The position numbers were made by a program, and so were the translations under genes. A DNA stretch of 64,000 nucleotides, from positions 14,756,001-14,820,000 of the forward strand of contig NC_082727.1 of NCBI RefSeq assembly GCF_030144855.1, read 5' to 3'. Under the pieces are notes generated by a model. The model saw nothing but the letters and a program-made list of their open reading frames with translations, ran no database searches and was not told the DNA's origin. Source of the DNA: Hypanus sabinus. Taxonomy: Eukaryota. Shown piece by piece: positions 37,526 to 50,459 of this stretch (positions are counted from its first letter, which is position 1; each line of letters begins with the position of its first letter).

Positions 37526-38519
37526 TTCTGACTCCGTAGTTCCTTTCTTCAGCAGGGTATAGTGCACATGTGCTGTCAATATCAATTACTCTCACTAAGA
37601 ACTTCCATGATTTCCACCTACACCTTATCACAGGTTGCAGTGTAAACTATCATACCCAAGGTGTAAGGGTGTCAGATCCTGGTGTCGCAATCACTTGTGG
37701 TGATAATTTCTCTTCCTCCTTTGAACATCGCTGTCCCCAAGGTTTTTCTAGCCTCTGGCCAATGATATGAACTAGTTTTATTTATTTGCTCCGTGTGGGT
37801 TCTGATGGCAACGTTTGGGATATTTTGTTCATCCTATTTACACTCGAACTGAGTGACACTGCACTGTCCTGCCCCCACTCATGGATTAAGGGTGAAAGGT
37901 GGAAGCTGAGGAGGAGCCTCTTCACTCAGAGGGTGATGAGAGTGTAGAACGACCAGGGGAAGTGGTGATGCAGACTGGATCCCAGCATATATCAGAATCG
38001 AGTTTAATATCACCAGCATGCGTCGTGAAATTTGTTGATTTTGGCAGCTGTACAATGCAGGTAATTTTTTTTATTTCCTGCTTCTTGTCCCTCTGTATGT
38101 TTACTTAACCCAAGGCTAACTTTGCTGATGTAAACAATCCCACTGCAGAGTTCCAACTCGATCACTGCCGGCAAGGCCAGTACACGTCCGTTGCCCTGAG
38201 TTTGTTCATGTGCAGCACCTGCAGAGCCTGGTTAGCAATTGGTCTGCCTGGAATCACGCACCGGCCTTTCCTTGTGGGCATCCCCGAGGCAGATGGATTT
38301 ATACAAAATTGGGAAATTTCATCATGGAGGGTAGAAGAGTGCAGAACGTGAATCAACATGTCGAAGCCAACCACAATGTAAATTTAAACTACTCATCTGT
38401 CCACACATGGTCTTTATTCCCCCATTCCCTGTTCACGTGTCTGTCTACATGCCTCTTAAATGTTGGTATCATACCTGCATCTACCACCTCTCCTGGAAAC
38501 CTGTTGAAGGCACTTACAT

Positions 38520-38975
38520 GTCCCCCCTCTCCCCCCGCCACCCTCCGTGTCCCCCCCTCTCCCCCCGCCACCCTCCATGTCCCCCCCTCTCCCCCCGCCA
38601 CCCTCCGTGTTCCACCCTCTCCCCCCGCCACCCTCCATGTCCCCCCTCTCCCCCGCCACCCTCCGTGTTCCACCCTCTCCCCCCGCCACCCTCCATGTCC
38701 CCCCCTCTCCCCGCCACCCTCCATGTCCCCCCCTCTCCCCCGCCACCCTCCGTGTTCCACCCTCTCCCCCCGCCACCCTCCATGTCCCCCCTCTCCTCCC
38801 GCCACCCTCCATGTCCCCCCCTCTCCCCCCGCCACCCTCCGTGTTCCACCCTCTCCCCCCGCCACCCTCCATGTCCCCCCCTCTCCCCCCGCCACCCTCC
38901 GTGTTCCACCCTCTGCCCCCGCCACCCTCCATGTCCCCCCCTCTCCCCCGTCACCCTCCGTGTTCCACCCTCTCT
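38520..38975. repeat. ~30-bp C-rich minisatellite (~15 copies)
   Basis: Unit ccccccctctccccccgccaccctcc(a/g)tgt, with two largely alternating variants (ccatgtcccccc / ccgtgttccacc). Confidence 0.95.
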
Positions 38976-39055
38976 CCCGTTCTCACTCTCACACACATGT
39001 AGACCTGGCGGAGGTTCCAGTTTTCAGAAAACTGGTACTTCATGGGTATATGAAG

Positions 39056-39200
39056 TGTAGGCGGGTGGCCAAGTGGTTAAGGCTTTGGGCTAGCGATCTG
39101 AAGGTCATTAGTTCGAGCCTCAGTCAAGGCAGTGTGTGTGTCCTTGAGTAAGGCACTTAACCACAAGCTGCTCCTGCACATTTATAGCCCCAGTGGCGAT
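39056..39200 (+). mobile_element. tRNA-derived SINE head (same family as 55823-56130)
   Basis: A-box tggccaagtgg, B-box-like agttcgagcc, then gtgtccttgagtaaggcacttaacc. Confidence 0.7.
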
Positions 39201-40671
39201 GGTTGGTGCACTATAAAGGGGAAAAGAATATGGAGTGTTCAGTGCCATTCGGAGGTACAGGTGAGATGTTTTCATTTAAATGAGCCATTAAACGTATCTG
39301 TTTGCCACACTAGAGGCAAGACTAATAATTCCATTTGTACTGTTCTGTGGATGAAAGAAGGAGTCATGTGGGAGGGAGTGGTTACATTGATCTTGAAGTA
39401 GGTTAAAAGGTTGGCACAACGACATGGGACGAAGGGCCTGTACAGTCCTGAACTGAATTGTTTCACATCTTTAGAAATATCAAGAGATCTTCATAAATTG
39501 CCAAGGATTTAATGGTCAACCATTTCTATCCTGTCTCAATTACAGCCCTGACACTGGCATCTATCCAATTGTTTGGTTTGCAGTTCCTGCAAATTACCAG
39601 CCAGATGCCCGTTGATCTAACCAATTGTTAACAACACACTATAGAAAGCATTCTATCAGTCTGTACCATGGCTTGGTGTGGCAGCTGCTCCAGGTGCGAC
39701 TACAGGGAACAGCAGAGAGCTGCTGCATCACAGGAAGCGGCCACCCCATCAGGGGCCCTGTCTACACTTGTCACTGCCTCTGTGCAGCACCCCACCCATC
39801 CTGGCCATTCTCTTTCTGACCCCTCCCATTGGGCAGGAGCCTGAAAGCATGCGCCACCAGTCTCGAGGACAACCTCTGTCATGACTTGATCTGTACAAAC
39901 AATATGCAAGGCGAGCTTTTCACTGGGCGTTGCTATTGGCAGCAATAATAAGCCAAGACCAATACACTTAATTACCAGCTGTGATGGAAGGTGTCATCAA
40001 CGAGATTATTATTACATCCTCACAAGTAAACTGCTCACAGATCCTCAAGTTGGAGTTCACCAGGATGGACAAGCATGAAAAAATAACACTGTCCCTTCAT
40101 TCTTGCTGGTCGAAATCCCGCAAGTCCCGCCTTAATATCACCAGGAGAAGCCATTTCAGGTCGTGGTTGGCCCTCCACCATTTTTCTCGAGGGAAATAGC
40201 AGCTGAGCAATAGATGCTGATCTTGTCTGGATGCCCAGATCCAAAGACAAGGTGGGAAAAAGAGCTTCGTGACGGTGTCAGTAGCGTTGTACTGTTGCAC
40301 GGTCCTGCATTTGTCGACGTGGCGTGGAAAGCGATTTTTGTAAATCTGGTGGGAGTAAAGGATGATGGGAATGGCGAGGGAGTAGCACCACTGGAGGGGT
40401 GCGAGGTGGCAGAGAAAGAGGGCCAGGCCAGGGGTGTGGTGCAGTTACAGACACACCCAGCCTTGAGACGCTGGGCAAAGTCACCTGATTCCAAACTATT
40501 GGTTTATTGGTCATTACTGAGTGCCTCTCTACTGCTTCCCTTTTTCCCCAACCATGATTCTCCTCTCCCTGCCCCCTTCCCCCTCTCAGTCCACAATAGA
40601 ATCAGGTTTAACATGGTTATTTATTTATTTATTTATTTATTTATGGTTTATGCAAACCATAAAAATCACGA

Positions 40672-40973
40672 CTGTACCGTGCAAAAGTTTGAGGCACCCT
40701 AGATACATATAGCAACACGTGCACACACACTTGGAGGAACTCAGCAGGTCAGGCAGCAAGAGCAAGCTGTCAGCATTTTGGGCTCAGGACCTGATGAAGG
40801 GTTTTGGCCTGAAAAGTCAACTTTTTTATTTTTTTCTATGGACGCTGCCTGACCTGGGGGGGAGGGTGTGTGTGTGTGCGTGTGTGTGTCTCAAGATTTC
40901 CAGCATCTGCAGAATCACTTGTGTCTCTGATTGACCAGATCTCAGATGTGCCTAAGATTTCTGCACAGTACTG
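40672..40973. mobile_element. Tc1-like MITE with a nested Penelope-derived hairpin element (~40715-40928)
   Basis: TIRs ctgtaccgtgcaaaagtttgaggcacc / tgtgcctaagatttctgcacagtactg. The internal element has a plus-strand CUGAUGA..GAAAAGUC core at 40791-40818. Confidence 0.65.
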
Positions 40974-41494
40974 TGTGAGGGGACACAACTTTAAAGTGAT
41001 TGGAGGAAAGCAGAGAGTAGGTCAGAGGTAGTTTACACAGAAAGTTGTGGGTACGTAAACACAGACGATGGTAAAGACATACATTCGTAACGTTTGAGAG
41101 ACTCGGACACATGGATGAAAGGAAGATGGAAGGCTATGTGGGAGGGAAGGGTTCGATTGATTTTGGAGTAGATTGAAGGATTGGCACAACATTGTGGGAT
41201 AAAGGGACTGTACTGCTCTGTACGTTTGATGTTCAATAGATTGGTTGTTGTGTTTTCTGCACTGCAAAAGTGTTGGGCCTCTTTGGCCACAGGTTGCACT
41301 GGGATGTCCTGAAGGCAGAGGAAGTGCTTAACAACACAGTTATTTGTTATTTCTGCATAAGAATGATTTGTGTCCAAGGATCATGTAATTAGAAATGCTT
41401 CAATGCCAATAATAAGGCAACAGAGGTGGGGCATTTGGAGACAGGAAGTGATGTGATGGAGCTACACCCAATCAGAATGAGTGAGACAACTTTA

Positions 41495-42010
41495 ACCAAC
41501 ACACAAGACGATGTAGGCATACAGCAGGTCAGGTAACCCCTGTGGAGGGAAGTGAAGAGCTGACATTTTGTGCAGAGACCCTTTATCTAAACTGAAAGAT
41601 AGATGGACGATAGCAGGTGGAGGGAAGGGGTGGAGCATGGTGGCAGGTGACAGGTAGATCTAGATGAGCAGGTGGGCAATAGGCAGGTGAGAGCGGGAAT
41701 GATGATAGCTGGGAGGTGATAGGTGAAAGTGACAGGGGTGAAGATGATGGAATCTGATAGGAGGGGTAGGTGAAGCATGGGAAAAGGGAAGGGAGGGAAC
41801 CAGTGTGAAGAGTGTACGAGTGAGAGGTGCCAGGTGGATCAGGAGTAGAAGGAAAAAGTGCCACGGTAGGAGGGGAGTGATTCCCAGAATGTGGAGAATT
41901 TATTGAAGTAAAGTGAAGTATTTGAGAAGTTACTTGAGCAGTTCCTGAAAGTTTGAGTTACTTTCAGTGCTAATGCCTCCGGGTTGGAGACTACCCAGGT
42001 ATCTGAAAAG
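41495..42010 (-). mobile_element. Penelope 3'/pLTR fragment
   Basis: Homologous to 43245-43600. Confidence 0.65.
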
Positions 42011-43244
42011 TGGCCTCATGTTTTCCCATTAGCTCCTGCATTAGAAGCCTAATGGAGTCCTGCTCCCATAGATTTTACCCTCAACCCATCTTCCACCTTC
42101 AAGGACTTTAAACCCAGAACAACACGGACAAAATGCTGGAGGATTCAGAAGGTTAGGCGGCATCTATAGAGAGGAATAAACTGTTGGCATTTCAGTTTAG
42201 GGCCCTTCATCAAGACCTGGTGGAGAGTCGGGCACAAAACGTCAACTTCTTCTCCATAGACCCCCACCACACAGGACATGCCCTCTTCTCATTGCTACCA
42301 TCAGGAAGGAGGTACAGAAGCCTGAAGGCACAAACTCGATGATTCAGGAGCAGCTTCTTCCCCTCTGCCATCTGATTTCTGAATGGACATCGAACCCATG
42401 AACACCACCTCACTTTTTTTTAATTTTCTATTTTTGCACTACTTAGTTAATTTAACTATTTCTCCAGTTGTGGTGGGATTTGAACATGTCACTGATCATC
42501 AGTAAAACCAGTCCAATAACACTGTTACGCTAACCATTTTTTTTTTGGATAGTTAGCTGATGGGGCCTCATGGCATCCTTCTGTGCTCCTTCTCTCCATG
42601 TACAGGAGCGTGGCTATGCAGAGTAGGTTAAGGCGGCATGTTTACCTTAATCAGAATCAGGATTATTATCACTGACCAGTATGAAGTGAATGAAGTACAA
42701 TACATAAAAATTGCTATAAATTACAAAATATTGCACCAAAGAAGGAATATTGAAGTAGTATTTGTGGACCACCATGATAGTAGAGGGTAAGAAACTGTCC
42801 TAAATCATAGAAAGTAGGTCTTCAGGCTGCTGTTTTGCCTTCCTGATGATGGTAACAAGAAGAGGGCATGTCCCAGTTTGTAACGGTGATGGATGTTGCC
42901 TTCTTGAAGCTCGGCCTCTTCAATATATGTATAAAAATTCATAAACACCAGCCATAAACATAAACCCTCCTTTGTGCCCTGACCAGTAATTATCCCACAC
43001 CCATCACAAAAGCAGAATGAATTTGCATGACTGTTACTCGAAGATCAAAGTAAATTTATTGTCGAAGTACATATCCTGTACGTCACCATATACAGCCCTG
43101 AGTTCACTTTCTTGCAGGCATTCACAGTAGAGTAGAGAAATACAACTGAATCAACGAAAAGCTACACACAAAGACTGAAACTTTAAAAGATAAACTGCAA
43201 ACAAAACTACTTCATAAATTCATTAAAAGGAAAAAATAAGAAGC

Positions 43245-44410
43245 AACACACACAAATGCTGGAGGAGCTCAGCAGGTCAGGCAGCATCCATGGAAAAGAG
43301 TAAACAGTTGACGTTTTGGGTCCAGACCCTTCACCAGGACTGAGAGGGAAGGGGGAAGATGCCAGAATTAGAAGGTGGGGGAGGAGAAGGAGGGGTGAAT
43401 CTAGGTGGGTGGGAAGGTCAAGGGTTGGAGAAGAACCTGATTGGAGACGGGAATGGACAATAAGAGAAAGTGAAGGTGGAGGGGACACTGGGGGGAGTAA
43501 TGGGGAGTTGAGGTCAGAGTGGGGAATAGAGGGGTAGATTTTTGTTTACCGGAAGGAGAAATCGTTATTCATGCCATCAGGTTGGAGGGTACTCCTTCAC
43601 CCTGAGGCTGCCCTCATCTTGGCACAAGAGGAGGCCATGGATTGGCATGTTGGAAAGGGAATGGGAACTGGAATTAAAATGTTTGGTCACTGGGAAGTCT
43701 CGGCTGTGGTGGATGGTGCGGAGGTGCTCGACGAAGCGGTCCCCCAATTTACGACAGTTCTCACCAATGTGGAGGAGGCTGCTTCGGGAGCAGAGGTAGC
43801 GATCCATGCAGAGAGCAGGAGTGGGGGGGGGGAGGTAAAATATGTTTAATGATAGGGTCCCTTTGGAGGTGATGGAAGTTGCAGAGGATAATGTGATGGA
43901 TGAGGAGACTGATAGAATGGTCGATAAGGACAAGAGGGGCTCTATCACTATTATGAAGGCAGGAAGATGGGGTGAGCGCAGATGTACAGGAAATGGAGGA
44001 GATGTGAGTGAGGCAGTATCAAGAATAGAGGGAGGGAAACCTTGCTCTTCAAAGAAGGAAGTCCCACTTCAGATATCCTGGAACAGAAAGCCTCATCCTG
44101 AGAACAGACGTGGTGGTGAATAAACTGAGAAAAGGGAATAGCATTTTTACGAGATAGAGTGGGAAGATAGTCGAGATGACCAGGGGATTCAGTAGGTTTA
44201 TAGAAGTTATTGGTTGACAGTTTGTCTCCAGAGATAGAGACAGAATGATCAAGAAATGGGAGAGTGGTGCCAGAGAAGGCCCAAGTGTATTTAAGGGCAG
44301 AATAGAGACAAAATTGATAAAATTGACGAGCTCAGCATGGGTGCATGAGGTAGAACCGATGCTGTCGTCAGTGTAGCGGAGGAAGAGATGGTGAGTATGA
44401 CCAGGGAAAG
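43245..44410 (-). mobile_element. Penelope-like element: RT C-terminus, GIY-YIG endonuclease remnant and pLTR
   Basis: CSRSSLLHIGENCRKLGDRFVEHLRTIH..DFPVTKHFNS..H is the Penelope GIY-YIG signature. The pLTR at 43245-43340 has a mutated hammerhead. Confidence 0.88.
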
Positions 44411-44419
44411 CTTCATTGT

Positions 44420-44745
44420 AGAGCCCTTGAAGTTGAGTCTATAGGTTGTGGAATCAGTTCAGTCTTGAGGTGAATGAAGTTAGCCACGCTGGTTCAGAGG
44501 CCTGATGGTTGTAGGGTAAAGACTGTTGCTAAACCTGCTGGTGTGGGACCTATTGCTCCTGCACCCCTTCCTGATGGCAGCAGTGAGAAGAGAGTATGTC
44601 CTGGATGGTGGGGGTCCTTGATGATGGACGCTGCTTTCTTGTGGCAACACTCCTTGCAGATGTGCTCAGTTGTGGGGAGGGCTTTTCCTGTGATGTACTG
44701 GGCTGTATCCACTACTTTCTGTAGGATTTTCCATTTCCAGGGTTG
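44420..44745 (-). mobile_element. Rex1-like LINE 3' fragment
   Basis: KILQKVVDTAQYITG...KAASIIKDPHHPGHTLFSLLPSGR. Confidence 0.8.
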
Positions 44746-45242
44746 GTGTTTCTGGATCAATTTTCTCCCTCGCTCTTTCCATAACCTCCCTGCCCAGTCT
44801 TTCTGTGAGTCCAAGTTCTCCCTTTCCCTATGGGGTTAACTCACTGCTCTCTGCTGGTTCCACTGGACCCAATGTGAGAAATTGCCAGATGCACGATTGT
44901 TTAATTAGAGTAGGAAGCAGCAGAGCACATTTTAAAATTATGTGCTAATTAGACAGCAAGAAGTGTCATCTGGACTAAAATTTAACGGCCCTTAATTTGC
45001 AGCCTCGAAAGTCACTAAAAATATTTTGGTGGGTTCTGCCTCTCAGTCCATCTTCTTCCTATCACCTTATGATTTACAACCTCTCATTTTGTGTATCCCA
45101 GGGCTGATGTTTTTTTTCAGCGTGTAAGTACATTAGAAATTTTCAAGGCACCTTTAACTTCAATTAGCTGTCTTCAATACACCTTGGTACCCACTTGTCT
45201 TGGCCGTCGATAATGTACTGTTGCTGTGGCTGGGACTCTTTG

Positions 45243-45520
45243 CCATACAGGTTCCTGGGTCCCAGTTATAGAGTAAATATGGCATGGAAACTAGTTTAAT
45301 TATCTGATGACATGTCCGAGGAACCAGTACACTAGCGTACATGTTCTGGTATGCCATCCTATGGTATACATGTTCTGGGGTGCCAGTACTCTGATATACA
45401 CGTTCTGGGGTGCCAGTTTTCCACAATACAGGTTAATGGGTATCAGTTCACTGGGATGCAGGTTCCTGCGTACTAATATTCTGGGCCCAGATTCTCCAGG
45501 ATACCAGTTCTTTGGGCATC
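45243..45520. repeat. Diverged ~30-bp tandem repeat (~9 copies)
   Basis: Unit resembling tatacatgttctggggtgccagtactctga recurs with heavy divergence. Confidence 0.65.
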
Positions 45521-45739
45521 TGTCATTCCCTGCAGCTTGAGTTTCTGGGCAGCAAGCAGTGAAGTGGGGTTGGACATGTTGGACCTTTGTAATCACTGTT
45601 GAAGCCTGCTGGAAAGGACACTGTGTACAAGGGGGACCCCTGACACTGAAGTAATATCCAAAAATCCATCGGATGTGATCACCAGCTCCTGAGAGGCAGC
45701 TTTCCTTTCCTCTCTGTGCATTCATCCGCTAGGCTATCA

Positions 45740-46210
45740 GGATATTGTCCTGCATTGTACTAAGTTGGTTACTGTTATCAGTGAAAAGCTTGTCTTGTAC
45801 ATTGTTTAAACAGATCGAATCATTACACGGTGCGTTGAGCTACAATAGGTAAAACAATAACAATAGAATAAAGTGTTAGAGCTACTGCGAAAGTTTAGTG
45901 CAGGTAATCGATAAACTGCAAGATCATAACGAGGTAGATTGTGAGGCCAAGAGGTCGTCCATAACACCAGGGTAGAATCCACCTTGAACCTGGTGCACAC
46001 TCTCTCAGGCTTTTGTATCTTCTGCCCGCAGGCAGAGGGAAGAAGGGAGAATGTCTGGGGTGGCCGGTGTCTTTGATGATGCTGGCTGCTTCCCTGAGGC
46101 AGTCGGCAGTGTAGAGGGGAGGCTGGTTTCCTTCATGTGCTGAGCCTGCACCTACAGTGCTCCGCAGTTCCTTGCAGTCACAAGCTGAGCAGCTGCAATA
46201 CCAAAACATT
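45740..46210 (-). mobile_element. Rex1-like LINE 3' fragment
   Basis: CLREAASIIKDTGHPRHSPFFPLPAGRRYKSL. Confidence 0.75.
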
Positions 46211-46449
46211 GGTGGAAAGCACTGTGCGCTCTGCTTAGTAACGGAAAGAGAGGGCCTCTGATTCATTCAACGTCACAAGATGTATTTTTACCTCCCTTGG
46301 GTGTGAGGGTGTGGAACTAGCGCAACTAAACACAGTCTTTAGTCAGCATGCATCACAGCCTCTGTGCTTGTTCCTGGATGGAATCCCAGCTCTCTGTGTC
46401 ATCACTGCCCAGGTTGTTGTTATCTCGATCGGCGAGACAGTGGGAGGTG

Positions 46450-47290
46450 GGTTCAAACAGAGAATCTCTTTGGCCAGAGGGTAGTGAATCTGTGGAACTC
46501 ATTGCCACAGAAGCCAAGTCATCGGGTCTATTTTAAAGCGGGTGTTGATATGTTTTTGATTAGTAAGGGCCTACGGAGAGAAGGCAGGAGAATGGGGCTG
46601 ATCAGCTGAATGCTGAAGCAGTCGCAGTGGGGTAAATGGCCTAATTCTGCCCATGGTCCGAGCAGCTTCCCAGGCCACACCCTCCAGGGTAAGGACTGGA
46701 CGGAGGACTTGCCTGCATTCTCAAGCTGGATTGAAGTGGCTGCAGGATTTTCCTTTGGAAAGAGGCCAAGGGAATTCTTGCTTCTGTCTCAGCCAATCAT
46801 CACGCCAGGATCACCACTGAGAGAGACAATGTAGCAGAGCTTAACTATGATATCAATAAAGTGGAAAGGGTACAGGGAAAATTTACAAGGATGTTGCTGG
46901 GACTTGAGGTCCTGAGTTATAGGGAAAGGTTGAATAATTAAGGACTTTATTCCCTGGAGTGCAGGAAACTAAGGGGAGAGTTGATAGAGTAGACAAAACT
47001 ATGAAGGGTATAGGGCGGACAAGTGCAGGTAGGCTTTTTTCAATAAGATCAGGTGAGACTAGAACTAGAGGTCATGGGGTTAAAGGTGAAAGGTTGCAAT
47101 GTTTAAGGGGCACTTCTTCACTCAGGTGAGAGTACAAGCTCCCGGTGGAAGTGGTGATTTCAACACTGAAGAGAGATTTGGACAGGTACATGGATGGGAA
47201 GGGTATGGAAGGCTATGAAACATGATAGGTTGGAGTGGATGAGATGGGCTGAAGGGCCTCTCTCTCTGCTGTGGCATTCTAAGGTTCAAT
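46450..47290 (+). mobile_element. Two CR1 3' fragments (46450-46660, 46850-47290)
   Basis: QRVVNLWNSLPQ motif; agaactagaggtcatgg and gggctgaagggcct 3' motifs. Confidence 0.75.
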
Positions 47291-47620
47291 GACACTAACA
47301 TCTCATGGGATCTTGCTGTGCTCATTTGAGTAACACAACATAGATGCGGGCCTTTTGGCCCACACAGTTTGTGCAAGCCACAATGATATTGTTGAATACT
47401 GCAACCCCTCATAGCCCACCAGCCATTAAATATTCAACTTCATTGGCTAGGAATATCCAAGGATGTCCTAAGACTAAATATTTCATTTAGTCCTGGGTGA
47501 CTATTCACCTCTGCTGGCCTGACTAGACCGGGCAGTAGCCACTGATGTGAGAAACCCTGAGAAGGGAGAACACTTGGGTGATTACATGGAAGGACCAACT
47601 ACAGGAGGGCTTTGTCTAAA

Positions 47621-47667
47621 GTGCAGAGGGAGCTTTACTCTATATCTAACCGTTACCGTCCCAGCCC
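47621..47667 (+). repeat. Diverged partial monomer of the 67-bp satellite
   Basis: gtgcagagggagctttactctatatctaaccgttaccgtcccagccc versus consensus gtgtagagggagcttcactctgtatctaacccgtgctgtccctgtcc. Confidence 0.75.
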
Positions 47668-49904
47668 TTTACTTCAACTAAATATCTTTGTTACAAATAC
47701 AATAACACAATACCACAAATACATATACAAAATAGTGATAAATCATTAAAGAAACTAAATTACACTAAAATGTTCTCATCTCTATCAATGATGGAGCTAA
47801 TTCCCTGTGGAGCCTAATGGTCCCAGAATGCCTGTATGATAACCGTGGGCAGCAAGTGTTCCTTCTCAATGGTTAGCCGGGCACGGACATACCCCTTAAA
47901 CATTGCCAGGCAGAATCCTCCGCCAGCCGCTTCCAGAACCCACAGATAGCGGTTTTAGCCAGCTCCAGGAGCAAATTCGCAAGGACATTCTAATCCCCCC
48001 CCCCCTTAATGGATGACCATATATAAATAGGGCGGGGCTAAATTGCACCCAGAAGCCAAGGAGAAGCCCTCGCATATATGCGAAAAGGGGCTGCACCCTC
48101 ACACACTCCACGTATGCATGGCACGTGGTCTCTTCCAGCCCGCAGAAGCAGCTGGGAGATCCATGTACAAATTTAAAAACTTATTACAAGCCACTACCCT
48201 ATACAGCAGCCTCCATCCCAGATCCCAAGGTGCATGGGAAGAACTCGCTCCTAAAGGGGCTTCCACTAGGGACCCCCCTCACCCCAGGTGGGAAGTAGCA
48301 TGAGGGTTAGGGTTAGGTGGTGGATAAGGTCTAGACTCTAGGGGGTCAAGGGTGTGGAGCAGCAGTCCATATGGGTACCACCTATCTGAAACCCTGAACG
48401 GGATTGTCGATGAGAGATGGCTCAAGCTGTGTCAGCCCAGCTCCCAGGTAAGAGTCTGGGGTCCGGGTCCGACAAGCAGCTCCGGTGGAGCAGGGGTGAA
48501 CCTGGCCAGAGTCGCTCCACACACCTGAGCCACACCAACATCCATTGTAGTAGGACAGGGCTGAGCCACTTCCTCGGACAGGACTCTGCGCTCTACCAGC
48601 AGAGGGGGTTCCTGGCCTGAGGCAGTCTCTCAGCAGGTCCTGACACAAGCTGGGCAGCCTCCGCAAAGAAGCGTGGCTGATGCCTACCAGTGGCAGCCGC
48701 ATAGCTTCATGAAGACAGTGGCCCCTCTGGAGAAAGTTCATTGCCACCTGGGAGGGTGATCAGCATGCAGGAGTCTCTGCAGGGTCCTGAGGCAGTAAGT
48801 GCGTGGACGCACACCAGCAACTGTCCACCCTCCCCCACTGGGAGATCCGGGACCGCTGAAGGGGCCTGTTGTCCCAGAGGAAGTTCACTAACTTCCTCTG
48901 CATCCCTGCAACATGGAGAGTGGGTGGGGCCAAGGTGACCATCCGGTACCACAACATGGAGGCCACCAGCTGCTTTATGACCACCACCCTGCCTCGATAG
49001 GAAAGCACCATGAGGACTTGACCAGTGCTCCAGCCAGGGCATGACTTTCATCTCCCGGTCCTGTCAGTTCACCAGCCAGGTCTCCCCAGAAGGATTGGGG
49101 TAGATTCCCAGGTAGAGGAGATGCTTGACATTCTACTCAGGAGGTTATATCTCCTCCGGCAGGGACTCTGCCTGCCACTGACCCATTAAGGGTCTGGAAT
49201 ATTTTGCCCAGTTGCCCAGAAGGACGATGCCAAGAAAGATTCCTGGTACTCACACGTCCTCTGCAGGTCACTGGGATCTGTCACCATCAGGAGCATGTCA
49301 TTGGCATAGGATGAGAGGGTGACGTCCAAGTCTGATTCATGCAGAACCAGACCTGTCCACCCCTGAAGGAGACAGATGGCGTACAACTGGCCGGACATGG
49401 GGCACCCCCGACGTACTACTCTTCGAAAGGGAATGGGCGCTGTCAATGATCCATTGATCTTGACAAGCTCTCTGTGACAGACTATAAGAGCTGAACCCAG
49501 GCTACAAAGCATGGGCCTGTAGAGCGCCCACCAGGAAACAGTGGTCTACTCATTCAAATACCTTCTCCTTATCAAGGGAGAGAAAAGCTACCGGGGGAAG
49601 GGTGCTATCTCCTGCAACAAGTGGATCAAGTTCTGGACTAGCTGGGCATGGACCCAGTCAGGATGAATTACCCATCTCAATGCCGAGCTAGAACAACAGG
49701 CCTTTGCCAGAAAATGGATGCCAGTTCTTTAATGGACAGAGATCTCCCTTCTTGGGCAACAGGACAGTTCTCCACCATGAAAGAGGCATCTCCCAAGTGA
49801 CTAGGCTCTCCCCTGGGTCAAGGCTATGGACATTCCCAAGGATACCCCGGGAAGCCTGAAATAACTCAACAGTCAGAACATCCACTCCAGGGGACTTTCC
49901 CTGT
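47668..49904 (-). mobile_element. Tx1-clade (L1 superfamily) non-LTR retrotransposon, 5'-truncated and decayed
   Basis: GKSPGVDVLTVELF, LLPKKGDLCPLKNWHP, VRRGCPMSGQLYAI, SYANDM (YADD equivalent), LSYRGRVVVIKQLVASMLWY (Tx1 ORF2 hallmark), C-terminal zinc-knuckle remnant before ECVRVQPLF, AT-rich 3' UTR. Confidence 0.9.
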
Positions 49905-50201
49905 TGTCCCTGTCCTGGGAGTGTGTGATGGGACAGTGTAGAGGGAGCTTCACTCTGTATCTAACCCGTGCTGTCCCTGTCCTGGGAGTGTGTGATGGGA
50001 CGGTGTAGAGGGAGCTTCACTCTGTATCTAACCCGTGCTGTCCCTGTCCTGGGAGTGTGTGATGGGACAGTGTAGAGGGAGCTTCACTCTGTATCTAACC
50101 CGTGCTGTTCCTGCTCTGGGAGTGTGTGATGGGACGGTGTAGAGGGAGCTTCACTCTGTACCTAACCCGTGCTGTCCCTGTCCTGGGAATGTGTGATGGG
50201 G
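49905..50201 (+). repeat. 67-bp satellite array 3 (~4.4 copies)
   Basis: Same unit as array 1; abuts the Tx1 5' truncation point. Confidence 0.97.
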
Positions 50202-50459
50202 GCATCATATTTAAGGCTTTTTGAGAGAACTGGGAATGATCGATGATGGTGATGGTGATTAGGCTGTTGCCTGTCCCATGTTTGAATAATATATTTGGAA
50301 ATTTATGAAATGGGAATTTTAGAGAACTCTGTTTTTAATTTATTTCTGTCTCTCATGATGTGGGCATGTTAATGAGTTATTAATTAGTTATTGAAGCCAT
50401 CAATAAATTCCAATCAACATCAAGCACAGTGTCAGAATTAAAATATAAGCACAGACTTA

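Noticed and set aside
39056-39135. tRNA gene
   Set aside because: A and B boxes are present, but it continues into a SINE body shared with 55823-56130 and has no proper cloverleaf ends.
38210-39151. 313-aa Pro-rich ORF and overlapping Gly-rich ORFs
   Set aside because: Artefacts of a stop-free 30-bp minisatellite; the flanking parts are CR1/SINE sequence.
40214-40702. 162-aa ORF
   Set aside because: No recognisable domain or splice structure; it runs across repeat-like sequence and a (TTTA)n tract.
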